Source of the DNA: an uncultured Acidobacteriota bacterium
GTDB taxonomy: Bacteria; Acidobacteriota; Terriglobia; UBA7540
Reading direction: 5' to 3'
NCBI GenBank assembly: GCA_963804995.1
Contig: CAWDSK010000005.1
Coordinates: 1,120,001-1,184,000 of the forward strand
Length of the DNA stretch: 64,000 nt
Numbering within the stretch: position 1 is the stretch's first letter; every line of letters begins with the position of its first letter. The position numbers were made by a program, and so were the translations under genes. This document shows positions 41,303 through 50,807 of the stretch, piece after piece. The notes below the pieces were generated by a model, which was not told where the DNA came from, searched no databases, and saw nothing but the letters and a program-made list of their open reading frames with translations.

Positions 41303-41962
41303 ATGGCAACACTTACCAATAAGCGCTCCAGGTCCAAAGCGGAACACCTGGGTGAGGTGGAGAGGGTCTACCGTTTGCTGAAATCATGGCTGGTGGAGGC
41401 GCAGTTGGCTCCGGGCGATATCCTCTCAGAGATTGACCTCGCCTCGCGGTGCCGAACCAGCCGCACCCCGGTCCGTGAATCCTTCAGCCGCTTGGCTCAG
41501 GATGGCTGGTTGAAGCGAATTCCACGGAAGGGCTATCTGGTCGCGCCCATTTCGATTCGCGAAATCGTGGAACTCTATGAGTATCGGAAAGTTTTGGAGT
41601 GCTTTGCGGCGGAACGCGTAGCTCAATCCGCCAGCCCGGAGGTCATCAAGGAATTGGAAGGAATCGTGGCCATCGAAACTACTGACGGGGCGCCGTTCAC
41701 CGAGATTCTTGCCGCCAATGGCGCTTTCCACCTCCGGCTGGCCGAGCTCTCCATGAACGCGCGCATCGCGAGCCAGGTTTCACTGGTCCTCTGTTATGTG
41801 AAGCGGCTCGATACCATCTGCACGCAGAGTGTTCCGGGCTGGATTGGACATCAGGAAATTATCAGCGCCTTGCGGGCGCATCAGCCGGAGGTAGCCCGCG
41901 AAGCCATGGCAAGCCACATCGACCTCTCCCGCGACAAGATGCTTCGATTGTTTGGAGCCTGA
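41303..41962 (+). CDS. GntR-family (FCD) transcriptional regulator
   Basis: LAPGDILSE...SRTPVRES...ELYEYRKVLE...NGAFH. Confidence 0.92.
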   Translation: MATLTNKRSRSKAEHLGEVERVYRLLKSWLVEAQLAPGDILSEIDLASRCRTSRTPVRESFSRLAQDGWLKRIPRKGYLVAPISIREIVELYEYRKVLECFAAERVAQSASPEVIKELEGIVAIETTDGAPFTEILAANGAFHLRLAELSMNARIASQVSLVLCYVKRLDTICTQSVPGWIGHQEIISALRAHQPEVAREAMASHIDLSRDKMLRLFGA

Positions 41963-41966
41963 GCTG

Positions 41967-42021
41967 CTGTAGCGGCGGTCTGCGACCGCCGGATTTTCGG
42001 CGCTCATAGAGCGCCGCTACA
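41967..42021. repeat. GTAG-type REP doublet between convergent genes (possible terminator role)
   Basis: tgtagcggcggtctgcgaccgccg...cggcgctcatagagcgccgctaca. Confidence 0.65.
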
Positions 42022-42054
42022 AAGAATGAGTGTCACTATATTTTGCAAGATTCA

Positions 42055-43365
42055 TTAGATGACCAGCGCCGCCACCGGCACCGTGCTGCGTTCTCCGCCG
42101 ATGACCACAATGCCGGAATCGGTTACGTGCCAGCCGCGCGCGCGGTCGGCATCGAGATCGTGGCCGATCGAAGCGTCTTCAGGAACACGCACGTTCTTAT
42201 CCAGGATGGCGCGGCGCACCATGGCGTGGCGGCCGATGTCGCAGTTGTCCATGATGATGCTGCCTTCCACGTGGGCGCCGGTGTGGACGCGGACGCCGCG
42301 TCCGAGAATGGAGTTGCGTACGATACCGCCGGAAAGAATGCACCCGCCGGACACGATGCTGTCAATGGCCTCGCCGCGCCGATGGGCTTCGTCGAAGGTG
42401 AACTTGGCGGGTGGGTCAGGGTAGCTGGCACTGCGCAGGGGCCACTCGCGATTGTATAAGTTGAGCTCGGGCATGACCGAGCGCAGGTCCATGTTGGCTT
42501 CGTAATAGGCGTCGATGGTGCCGACATCGCGCCAGTAGGGGATGGAGCCTTCGGGCTCGCCGGGAATGCGGTTGGTCTGAAAGTTGTAGGCGTAAAGGGG
42601 GGCGTTGCCGGCGAGCTTGGGCAGGATATCCTTGCCGAAATCGTGGTGACTCGCGGGGTCATTGGCGTCGGCCTCGAGCAGATCCACCAGCGTTTCCTTG
42701 TCGAAGATGTAGTTGCCCATGGAGGCGTAGACCTGGCTGGGATCGCCGGGCAGGGTAGGCGCATTGGCGTTTTTTTCATGAAAAGCCAGGATTCTTCCAT
42801 CTTTGTTGGCCTCGATGACGCCGAATTCGGCGGAGTGCTTTCGGGGTACGGGGATGGCGGCGACGGTTACTTCCGCGTGCCTGGCCATGTGGAAGTCGAT
42901 CATGCTGGCGATGTTCATGCGGTAGATGTGATCGCCGCCGAAGATGGCTACCACGTGCGTGTTGGACTGCTGGATGAGGTTGAGGTTCTGCAAGATGGCG
43001 TCGGCCGTCCCCTGGTACCAGGTTTCGTCCTCCGAACGCATCTGGGCCGGCACGGGGATGATAAAGTGGTTCTTCAGGACTCCGCTGAACTGCCATCCTT
43101 CGCTCAAATGCTGGAGCAGCGACTGGCTGCGGAACTGGGTGAGCACATAAATCGAATTGATTCCGGAGTTGATGAAATTGCTGAGAACGAAATCGATGAT
43201 CCGGTATTTGCCTCCAAAGGGAACCGCAGGTTTGGCGCGTTCCCGCGTGAGGGGAAAGAGCCGGGTTCCCTTGCCGCCGGCGAGTACGATGCCCAGGACA
43301 CGAATGTGCATGGCCCCTTCCTGGGCCAGTACCGGTTTGGGTTCGGCGATACGCTTCTTCGGCAT
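42055..43365 (-). CDS. glgC: Glucose-1-phosphate adenylyltransferase (alternative start 43311)
   Basis: LAGGKGTRL, RAKPAVPFGGKYRIIDF, GTADA, GDHIY, DFGKDI, YWRDVGT. Confidence 0.96.
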   Translation of the reverse strand: MPKKRIAEPKPVLAQEGAMHIRVLGIVLAGGKGTRLFPLTRERAKPAVPFGGKYRIIDFVLSNFINSGINSIYVLTQFRSQSLLQHLSEGWQFSGVLKNHFIIPVPAQMRSEDETWYQGTADAILQNLNLIQQSNTHVVAIFGGDHIYRMNIASMIDFHMARHAEVTVAAIPVPRKHSAEFGVIEANKDGRILAFHEKNANAPTLPGDPSQVYASMGNYIFDKETLVDLLEADANDPASHHDFGKDILPKLAGNAPLYAYNFQTNRIPGEPEGSIPYWRDVGTIDAYYEANMDLRSVMPELNLYNREWPLRSASYPDPPAKFTFDEAHRRGEAIDSIVSGGCILSGGIVRNSILGRGVRVHTGAHVEGSIIMDNCDIGRHAMVRRAILDKNVRVPEDASIGHDLDADRARGWHVTDSGIVVIGGERSTVPVAALVI

Positions 43366-43656
43366 GTGGGGCTCCAGCGAGAGTTGCTCTAAACCATTTT
43401 ACCAGAGTGGGGGTGCGAGCCGAAGGCGGGAAATCTGCACGTCCGGCTCCTCGACATGGGGCGTGGAAGTCGGGTCCGGTATCGCTTGCTCACCTCCTCG
43501 GCATTTGCAAGTCGGCGACTATTTGTCACCGTGGGACTGTCCCACTTGTTACTCTCCGCGGGGCATAGCGGGCGAGGTCCCACATATTCCCCCGCCCACA
43601 TGCGTTTTTTTCCTATGACTTTTCACATGCGGCTTTTCCGGCTTTCCATCAAGAAC

Positions 43657-45135
43657 TCAAGACTCCGCATCGGTGGCCGCTGAGTCGACGGTGACTGTCC
43701 CCAGTAAGTCTTCTCTTGAGGGCCTGCGGTCATCGACGTATCGGCGGTAGGCGTGCAGCGGCAAGTAGAGGAAGCAGATTCCGAGTCCCAAGAAAAACAG
43801 CCAGCGTCTTCCCGGTCCTACGGCGATATCGGCAGCATAGTAGCCGCCGTAGATCCACACGAAGAGGAAGAACACCCCGATGGCCAGGGCGATGTGCCTG
43901 AGGAACCCTGGCATTCGTACCGGGCGGTTGAGCGCGGGGTATTTCTGCCGGTACAGGAAATAGCCGATCAGGGCCAAGGCGAGCGCGAGCAGATAACCCA
44001 TGTTCGAGAAGATGTAGATCTCCAAAGGCGAACCGAGGAACACGACGATGATCGACGCCACCAGATTGAAGACCATGGCAAAGTCCGGCACGCCGTGGCG
44101 GTTGGTGTGTTGGAAGAACTTGGGAATCACTCCGTCCTGCGCCACCTGGTAGAGCGACCGGCCGCAGCCCATGATCGCGTTCAGGACGGACAGCAGCAGC
44201 GCCACGATGAGCGGGATGCCGATGATCCATTTCACCCAACCCTCGCCGCCAAAGATGGCTTCCGTATAAGACAGGAATGCCGTCAGGGGATCGACTTCAG
44301 ACCTGCCCAACACGGCCACCAGGAGCAGGGGAATGGCCACGTAGATGAACGACCCGTACAGACCGGAGGCGCTCATGGCGATCTTGGCGTCGCGGGTCGA
44401 GTCCTTGCACTCCCCGATATAGCAAGCGGCCGCTTCCGTAGCGAGCACCGAATAAGTCATGATGAAAATCCAACTGATGAAAAATGCGAATGTGCCAGCC
44501 TTCGGGTCAGCGAGACGGAATCCCGCGACATTGCTCCAATGGAGAGTCGCGGGACGCAAGAAGGGGATGAAGATCAGCAGGGTCAACGGCACCATCGAGA
44601 CGACGCCCAGCACTGTGGCGAATCGTGCCCCCAGCCGGATACCGAGGTAGCACGGGACGAACAGGATGAGCAGGCCGACGATGCTGAGGATGAGCACGTT
44701 GAGGTTGATCGGCGCACCGACGGGCGTGAGCTCCCGGCCCAAAGGAATCTTCCAGAGCTCCGCGATGTATTTTGCGGCGAGAATCATATTGAGGGGCGCT
44801 ACCGGAAACCATCCCAGACCATAGCTCCAGGCGGAGAGCCCACCCACATGCTTCGCCACACCCGGGCTAAAACCTTTGAAGGTCTCGAACGCGTAGGAGG
44901 GCAGACCGCCGGTGCGGTCCGGCATCATGGCGGCCAGTTCCGCAAGGCATTGGCATAAAACCATTCCTGCGACGCTGACCAGAAGAAAGACCGGTATTGA
45001 TGCCGCCCCCATGCCCTGTACGGCGAAGGGCGCGACACCCGTGACGAGGATGGTCCCGGCGAGGCCAATGACGAAGGCGCCCCACCAATTGGTTCTCTTG
45101 GGAAGGCTGGCAGGAGTTTTCGGAGATGCGGGCAT
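43657..45135 (-). CDS. APC-family amino acid/amine permease
   Basis: ~12 TM segments, AELAAMMPDRTGG, RSLYQVAQDGVIPKFF, RPVRMP. Confidence 0.9.
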   Translation of the reverse strand: MPASPKTPASLPKRTNWWGAFVIGLAGTILVTGVAPFAVQGMGAASIPVFLLVSVAGMVLCQCLAELAAMMPDRTGGLPSYAFETFKGFSPGVAKHVGGLSAWSYGLGWFPVAPLNMILAAKYIAELWKIPLGRELTPVGAPINLNVLILSIVGLLILFVPCYLGIRLGARFATVLGVVSMVPLTLLIFIPFLRPATLHWSNVAGFRLADPKAGTFAFFISWIFIMTYSVLATEAAACYIGECKDSTRDAKIAMSASGLYGSFIYVAIPLLLVAVLGRSEVDPLTAFLSYTEAIFGGEGWVKWIIGIPLIVALLLSVLNAIMGCGRSLYQVAQDGVIPKFFQHTNRHGVPDFAMVFNLVASIIVVFLGSPLEIYIFSNMGYLLALALALIGYFLYRQKYPALNRPVRMPGFLRHIALAIGVFFLFVWIYGGYYAADIAVGPGRRWLFFLGLGICFLYLPLHAYRRYVDDRRPSREDLLGTVTVDSAATDAES

Positions 45136-45669
45136 TCCCTTTTTCCCTTTCGAAAGTTTTTCGGTTCCTGAGGGTCCTCGAATCCCCAGCCCCCCAAACG
45201 GGAAAAGTTCAGCTCACGCGAAAGCCTAAAAGCGAAATTGCCCCCACCTCTGAAATGGGTCGGGATACAACTCCACTGCGGTGGAAATCCACCCGAAGTA
45301 GGAGGTCAGGCCGTTTAAAGGTGAGCCTCCACGTTGGACCTAAGGTTTTGTGCCCTGCTTATGCTAGCACGGAATCTTGGAAACTCATCCCAAGATACCT
45401 ACGCAAAGAGCGGTTTATTCACCGGGGGGCGTGTCCCTGGCATTTGGTTTCGGCACACAAGCAAGTACATAACGCCGCCACTCCTTGCCGGGGAGGGAGA
45501 ACGGCGCAGGCAGGAGCGCCTGGGCTACGCGGACACGCCGCGTTTCTCTCAGGGGTTGGCAATTTGCTCTGGTTTTGAGAGATGGAAGCGAACGGATTGT
45601 GTTAAAGTCTGACTCCGCAACATCGACTCCATGCCAGGCGTAAATCGAATTTCAGGAGAAACTATTGCC

Positions 45670-47046
45670 ATGATCAATCGAAGAGAGTTCTTGAGGAACA
45701 GCGCGTTGGGTATGACCGCGGCCGGAATGGACGGCCGGCTTGGCGCAAGCGGCGCGCTCGCTGACGGAGTCCATTTTCACCAGTCGGGCTTCGGCCCCGA
45801 CCCCGCGGGTTGGACCGCCTGGAGCGTCCGGGCGGAGACTGCGCCTCGAACCTTTGTCGATCCGGCCGTCTCCTGCGGCGAGGCCGGCTCGCTCGGAGTC
45901 TCCGGAGACGGCAACATTGCTGCCTTCGGAGGATGGCAGCGCACCCTCACCGGCATCAAGGAAGGCGCCTGGTACAGGTTTGTGGCCCACTACCGGGCCG
46001 TCGGCGTGACCAGCGAGAATTGGCAGATCGTTCCGGACCTTTACTGGCAAAAGCCAGACGGCAAGCAGATCGGAAATGACGACCGAGTGGATTATGCCGC
46101 CCGTTCCGTGCGTAAAGGCCGATGGACCGAGGTGAGTCTCGAGGTCCCGGCGCCGGCTGGGGCAACCTACGTCGTTCTGGAACTTTTCCTGGCCCACGCG
46201 GCAATGGGCATGGTCTGGTGGGACGACATTTCCTTCGATGAGATCCCTGCGCCCCAACCGCGCAAGGTGACGATCGCCACGATCAACCTGAAGCCGTCGA
46301 ACACGGGCACGGTCGCGGAGAGTGTGCGGCAGTTCATCGAGGCGGCGGAGCGCCTGGCTCCCGCTCACACCGACCTTATTTTGCTGCCGGAGGGCATCAG
46401 CGTGGTGGGTACGGACGCGAGCGGCCTCACCTGCGGGGAGGTTGCCGAACCGGTGCCCGGTCCCACCACCGCCCGCCTGGGAGAGCTCGCCCGCGCCAAG
46501 CACGCCTACGTTGCCGCCGGCCTCTATGAGCGGGAGCGCGGCGCCGCATACAACACTGCTGTGCTCATGGACCGCGAGGGCAAGCTGGTGGGCAGGTATC
46601 GCAAGGTGTTCCTTCCGCGCGGTGAGATGGTGCAATTGACCCCGGGGAATGAGTTCCCCGTCTTCCGCACGGATTTTGGAACGGTCGGCATCATGACCTG
46701 TTACGACGTGTTTTTCCCGGAACCGGCGCGCCAACTCGCTCAGCGGGGGGCGGAAATCATCCTGTTGCCGATCTGGGGTGGAGACGAGGTGCTGGCCACA
46801 GCGCGCGCCATCGAGAACCAGGTATTCCTTGTCACCTCCGGCTACGATCACCCCACCTACATCATGGACCATGACGGAAAACGGATCGCCCAAGCGCCCC
46901 AACGCGGAACGGCAGCGGTGGCCACGATCGATTTGAACGCGCCCAATTTCTATCAAGGGATAACTGACTGGAAGGACCGCCGTCTGCGAGAGTACAGACC
47001 GGAGGTGGTGAGGGAGTTCCTGTACTCAGGTGGGAAGGCGGAATAA
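45670..47046 (+). CDS. Tat-exported carbon-nitrogen hydrolase with an N-terminal CBM-like domain
   Basis: NRREFL Tat motif; E-K-C triad LLPEG, YRKV, MTCYD; ~170-aa beta-rich N-domain ending WWDDISF. Confidence 0.85.
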   Translation: MINRREFLRNSALGMTAAGMDGRLGASGALADGVHFHQSGFGPDPAGWTAWSVRAETAPRTFVDPAVSCGEAGSLGVSGDGNIAAFGGWQRTLTGIKEGAWYRFVAHYRAVGVTSENWQIVPDLYWQKPDGKQIGNDDRVDYAARSVRKGRWTEVSLEVPAPAGATYVVLELFLAHAAMGMVWWDDISFDEIPAPQPRKVTIATINLKPSNTGTVAESVRQFIEAAERLAPAHTDLILLPEGISVVGTDASGLTCGEVAEPVPGPTTARLGELARAKHAYVAAGLYERERGAAYNTAVLMDREGKLVGRYRKVFLPRGEMVQLTPGNEFPVFRTDFGTVGIMTCYDVFFPEPARQLAQRGAEIILLPIWGGDEVLATARAIENQVFLVTSGYDHPTYIMDHDGKRIAQAPQRGTAAVATIDLNAPNFYQGITDWKDRRLREYRPEVVREFLYSGGKAE

Positions 47047-47115
47047 GGAATCCCGGGGGACTTGATCCATCTGAGGGCGGCGCGTCCCGGATGACATCTC
47101 GGTGGTGGGCTTCAA

Positions 47116-48192
47116 TTAGGTTGTTTCGGTGATGGCTTTCTGCATAGCCCAGAAGTTTTCCATCGGCGTGTCCAGTTGCACGTGGTGAGTGGGGGCCAGG
47201 ATCAAGCCGCCGTTCTTGCCCATCGTTTTGAGCCTTTCCTCGACTTCCTGGCGAACCTCCTCGGGAGTTCCAAACGGCAGGGTATGCTGCTCGTCGATGC
47301 ATCCCCAAAAGCAGAGCTTGTCTCCGAACTCGCGTTTGATCTGGGCGGGATCCATGGAGGCAGGTTGAATGGGGTTCAGGACATCCACACCGATCTCGAT
47401 CAGTTCGGGAATGATCGGCGTGATCATGCCGTCGGAGTGATAGGCAACCTTCACTTGCGGATTGATAGCTTTGAGCTCGGCAATGAAATTGGCCAGGCGC
47501 GGCTTAAGGAATTTGCGCCAGCAGTCCGGGGAGATGATCATGGCGTTCTGCCCGCCCACATCGTCACCCGTCCAGACCATGTCGACGCCCATCTCCACTA
47601 GCCGCTTGGCTGCAGTCAAATGGTATTGATAGGGAATGTCGAGAATCCTCTCCGCGATTTCAGGATTGAGCGCGAAGTCCATCAGGAGCTGTTCCAGCCC
47701 GCGCAACGCCCAGGCACATTCGAAGATCGTCGTTACGGTGACGCCCACAATCCAGAATTCATCCTGGAAGTCCCGCAGCGTCCGCGCCGCATCCTCGTAG
47801 AGTTCCGGGCGGGTGGGGTCCGGGGGATGGTAAGTTTCAAGAGCCGCATCCTCAGCAAGGGGATGTGTGGCCATCTCCGTGTAGCTCCCCTTGCCGTACC
47901 GGGTGGTGTACTCACATTGCTTCCACCCTATCCCCCATTCGTCCGTGTAATCGCCCGGCTCCTGGTAGTAGCAATTCGCCCAGCCCACCGAGGTCAGCAG
48001 CATATCTTCATCCAGAGCGCGTTCCAGCTCGTAGGTGTTTCCCCCACCGTGCGGGTTGTGCGCTACCCCGCTCTTGTGGAGCATGTCCAGGCGGAGCCGG
48101 GAAGCAAACTCCGGCGTAAAGCTGATCTGCATCGGACATCTGTCCGGCTGCTCATGATTGAGCGCTATAAGAACTCTGTCCCGATGTTTCAT
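47116..48192 (-). CDS. Uroporphyrinogen decarboxylase-superfamily protein
   Basis: HEQPDRCP, TDEWG, LRGLEQLL, GDDVGGQ, HSDG, LNPIQP, GTPEEV. Confidence 0.88.
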   Translation of the reverse strand: MKHRDRVLIALNHEQPDRCPMQISFTPEFASRLRLDMLHKSGVAHNPHGGGNTYELERALDEDMLLTSVGWANCYYQEPGDYTDEWGIGWKQCEYTTRYGKGSYTEMATHPLAEDAALETYHPPDPTRPELYEDAARTLRDFQDEFWIVGVTVTTIFECAWALRGLEQLLMDFALNPEIAERILDIPYQYHLTAAKRLVEMGVDMVWTGDDVGGQNAMIISPDCWRKFLKPRLANFIAELKAINPQVKVAYHSDGMITPIIPELIEIGVDVLNPIQPASMDPAQIKREFGDKLCFWGCIDEQHTLPFGTPEEVRQEVEERLKTMGKNGGLILAPTHHVQLDTPMENFWAMQKAITETT

Positions 48193-48314
48193 CGCAGGTC
48201 CCTTCCTTCTGTTTTCCTGACATCTGCCTAATAGGGTGACGGTTGAACCCCCTCACCCGCCCCGATGCATCGGGGCACCCTCTCCCCCAAAAGGGGGCTA
48301 GGGGGTAAACTTAA

Positions 48315-50564
48315 TTACTTGAAATGAACCGACCAACTCACGCTGGCGCCGTTCCCCGTCACGGGAATGACCCACACGTTCTTCTTCTGGCTGACCAGAA
48401 ACACCTCTGCATCATTCACCGTCGCTTTGTCGGGGGCATAACCGTCAGGGGCATAGAACGTAATGTGATAAAGGTCGCCATTCACACCGGTGGTCTTTCC
48501 CCCCAGGGTCCGATCGGCGTCTGACCACGCCACGGCATCCAGTCCGTAGCCTGATTGAGGAAGATAGTTGGACACAGCCAGCGCTTGCGGCTTTCCCGTG
48601 GACTCAACGAGGCAGAGGGTTTTTGTCTCGCCCGGGGGAACCTCAGCGGTAAGCTCGCCATCCGATGCGTCGATCGAGTAATCGTCCCAGAAGTCGTAAA
48701 CGAGAACATGTTGATTCGTCTTCAGGAGTTCCTTCGGCACAAGGCGCTGCTTCCAGGGTTCGGTTCCGTCCCAGTTAAACACACCGAGCACACCTGACTT
48801 GGACGCACCCACGTCCGTCGGAAGAAACCACACGTGGTTCGGCTGCGCAGAAAAGAGATCGACGGGCCGGCTAACCTTCCCCCGCGCGGGCAGAATGTGT
48901 TTGAGGATATCCAATTTCTCAGCGCTCAACATGTTCAGGTCGTCCCCGATGGTCAGAACGCTGCCGCTGACGGAGGCCAGCGTGGCCCAGGCACGAAAGC
49001 CTTCCACGGGGCGGTTATTACCCACCAGCGCGTCGGGGTCATTAAGCCACCACTTGCCCGCCTCAAAATAACGCGCCGCGATGTTCTCAAAACCTACCCG
49101 CCCCCAGGCGTCGGGACCAATTCTCATGCCATCCACGAGACCCACGGAAGCCAGTTGCGGCGCGCCGCAGCCCAACAGGTAAATGTCGGGGCCCAGGGCC
49201 TCACGAATCGTCTTCAGCGCCGCGCGGTAGACCTCCGCCCGCGTCTGGTGCGGGTCCTGGTAATGGTCTGACAGAGTAAACATGTAGAGGAAATCCGTCA
49301 TGACATACTGGTAGCCCCAATTGCGGATCTGGGTGAAGAGGTCGTGGAGATTTTTCCGTGCCGCTGGATTCGAGGCATCCAGGAAATGCATGAGGTTTCC
49401 ATAAAATTGCCGGCTAGTAACCAACTCGCCGGAAGCGTCGCGCTGGAGCCAATCCGGATGCTGCTTGAAGAGGTCAGAACTCTCTGACGCCCAGGCCGGC
49501 GCGAGCCACATCCCAGCCTTCATTCCCTCCGCGTGGAGTGAATCGGCGAGGCGGCCCATGCCGTGAGGGACGAAGGGGAAATTCCAGTCGCCGTAGCGTT
49601 GATCGTTGCTGTCATCCACGACGCGCAGCGTGTCGGCGCCAAGTGGCACGAGCGGCTTCATGACCCGGGCGTTGACCGTCATGGCCTTTTCCAAAGCCCC
49701 CAGGTTCGCCTGCTCGGCCCGGCCGTACCCGGCGTACCAACTGCACCAGGTCGTGCTGGAATATTGCCTGGGATGAATTCCATTGAACTTCTCGACCGCC
49801 GCGGCGTAGTGCTCCAGCCCCTCGAAAATGTCGGTGGGAAAGAGCACTAGTAGGGGATCCGTATCCCGTGATTTTCCGGGCTCGACCAGCACATTGAACT
49901 CGGCCGTGGATCTGAGCGTCAAAGTGTGTTCTGACCTTAGGCTGTACTCGAACGTTCCATACGCCACAGCGGCGGAGAGGAATCCGGTGACCAGCTTGGA
50001 AGCTTCCACCGCGAAAAAGTCAGAACTATGGGCCATCTCGCTGGACCTCACCCTGGCAACGTGGCTGTAATCCCACGAATTGAAGCCGCTGGTCAGCACG
50101 GGTATGCCTGAAGGATAGCCGCGGTCAGGGGTGGGGGCATCCGCCTCGAGCACCGTGACGGTTTTCAACTCGAGTTTGCTTTTGGCGGAGTTGTCGAGGT
50201 GCCAATCGATGCGCAGGCCGGCGAATTGATCGTAAACCTTGATGGCGACCTGCCAGCTCAGTCCGGAGGGGCGCTCGGAGAGAGACAGGACGATCTGCTT
50301 GCCACCACCCAGGACATCCAGGAAGGGTGACTCCTCCGCTTTACGAAGGAATCGTTCGTCCGTGCTTTTCAGCACGCCCGTCGCGGTGACAACGGTTGCT
50401 GTTCCACGCGTGAAGATCGGCGCGCCATCTTTCCAAGAACAACTCCAGGTGCCGGTTTGAGAATTCACGCTAACATTTATGAATGCATTTGAGAGGTTGT
50501 TCTCCGCCCAGCAGGGAGCGGCAACGAAGAGGCCAAGAAGGATGAAGACTTTTCGAACGCGCAT
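48315..50564 (-). CDS. Secreted GH36/alpha-galactosidase-like protein
   Basis: Signal peptide, WCSWY, GMKAGMWLAP, HPDW, TDFLY, LGCGAP, MRIGPD, WLNDPD. Confidence 0.82.
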   Translation of the reverse strand: MRVRKVFILLGLFVAAPCWAENNLSNAFINVSVNSQTGTWSCSWKDGAPIFTRGTATVVTATGVLKSTDERFLRKAEESPFLDVLGGGKQIVLSLSERPSGLSWQVAIKVYDQFAGLRIDWHLDNSAKSKLELKTVTVLEADAPTPDRGYPSGIPVLTSGFNSWDYSHVARVRSSEMAHSSDFFAVEASKLVTGFLSAAVAYGTFEYSLRSEHTLTLRSTAEFNVLVEPGKSRDTDPLLVLFPTDIFEGLEHYAAAVEKFNGIHPRQYSSTTWCSWYAGYGRAEQANLGALEKAMTVNARVMKPLVPLGADTLRVVDDSNDQRYGDWNFPFVPHGMGRLADSLHAEGMKAGMWLAPAWASESSDLFKQHPDWLQRDASGELVTSRQFYGNLMHFLDASNPAARKNLHDLFTQIRNWGYQYVMTDFLYMFTLSDHYQDPHQTRAEVYRAALKTIREALGPDIYLLGCGAPQLASVGLVDGMRIGPDAWGRVGFENIAARYFEAGKWWLNDPDALVGNNRPVEGFRAWATLASVSGSVLTIGDDLNMLSAEKLDILKHILPARGKVSRPVDLFSAQPNHVWFLPTDVGASKSGVLGVFNWDGTEPWKQRLVPKELLKTNQHVLVYDFWDDYSIDASDGELTAEVPPGETKTLCLVESTGKPQALAVSNYLPQSGYGLDAVAWSDADRTLGGKTTGVNGDLYHITFYAPDGYAPDKATVNDAEVFLVSQKKNVWVIPVTGNGASVSWSVHFK

Positions 50565-50627
50565 CGGTTGGGAGATCCTTTCTGTGAACTTCGGCGTTCG
50601 GCCGCACACGGCGTGCCACGGGCATCC

Positions 50628-50755
50628 GAAGGTGTGAAAAAATACCAATTTCACCGCTGAGACGCTGAGACGCAGAGAAATGACCCTTTGTTTTCAAACC
50701 TCTGCGCCTCAGCGTCTCCGCGGTGAAAGGTTTGATGGGATTTTTTCACAGCTTC
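50628..50755. mobile_element. MITE with IS1182-like ends inserted in a REP
   Basis: GAAGGTGTGAAAAAT...ATTTTTTCACAGCTTC; TCC duplication; empty site gtgccacgggcatcctgcccgtg. Confidence 0.8.
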
Positions 50756-50807
50756 TCCTGCCCGTGCACTGGGCATGGCCAGGATGGCCATGGCACGCAC
50801 CTCAGCG

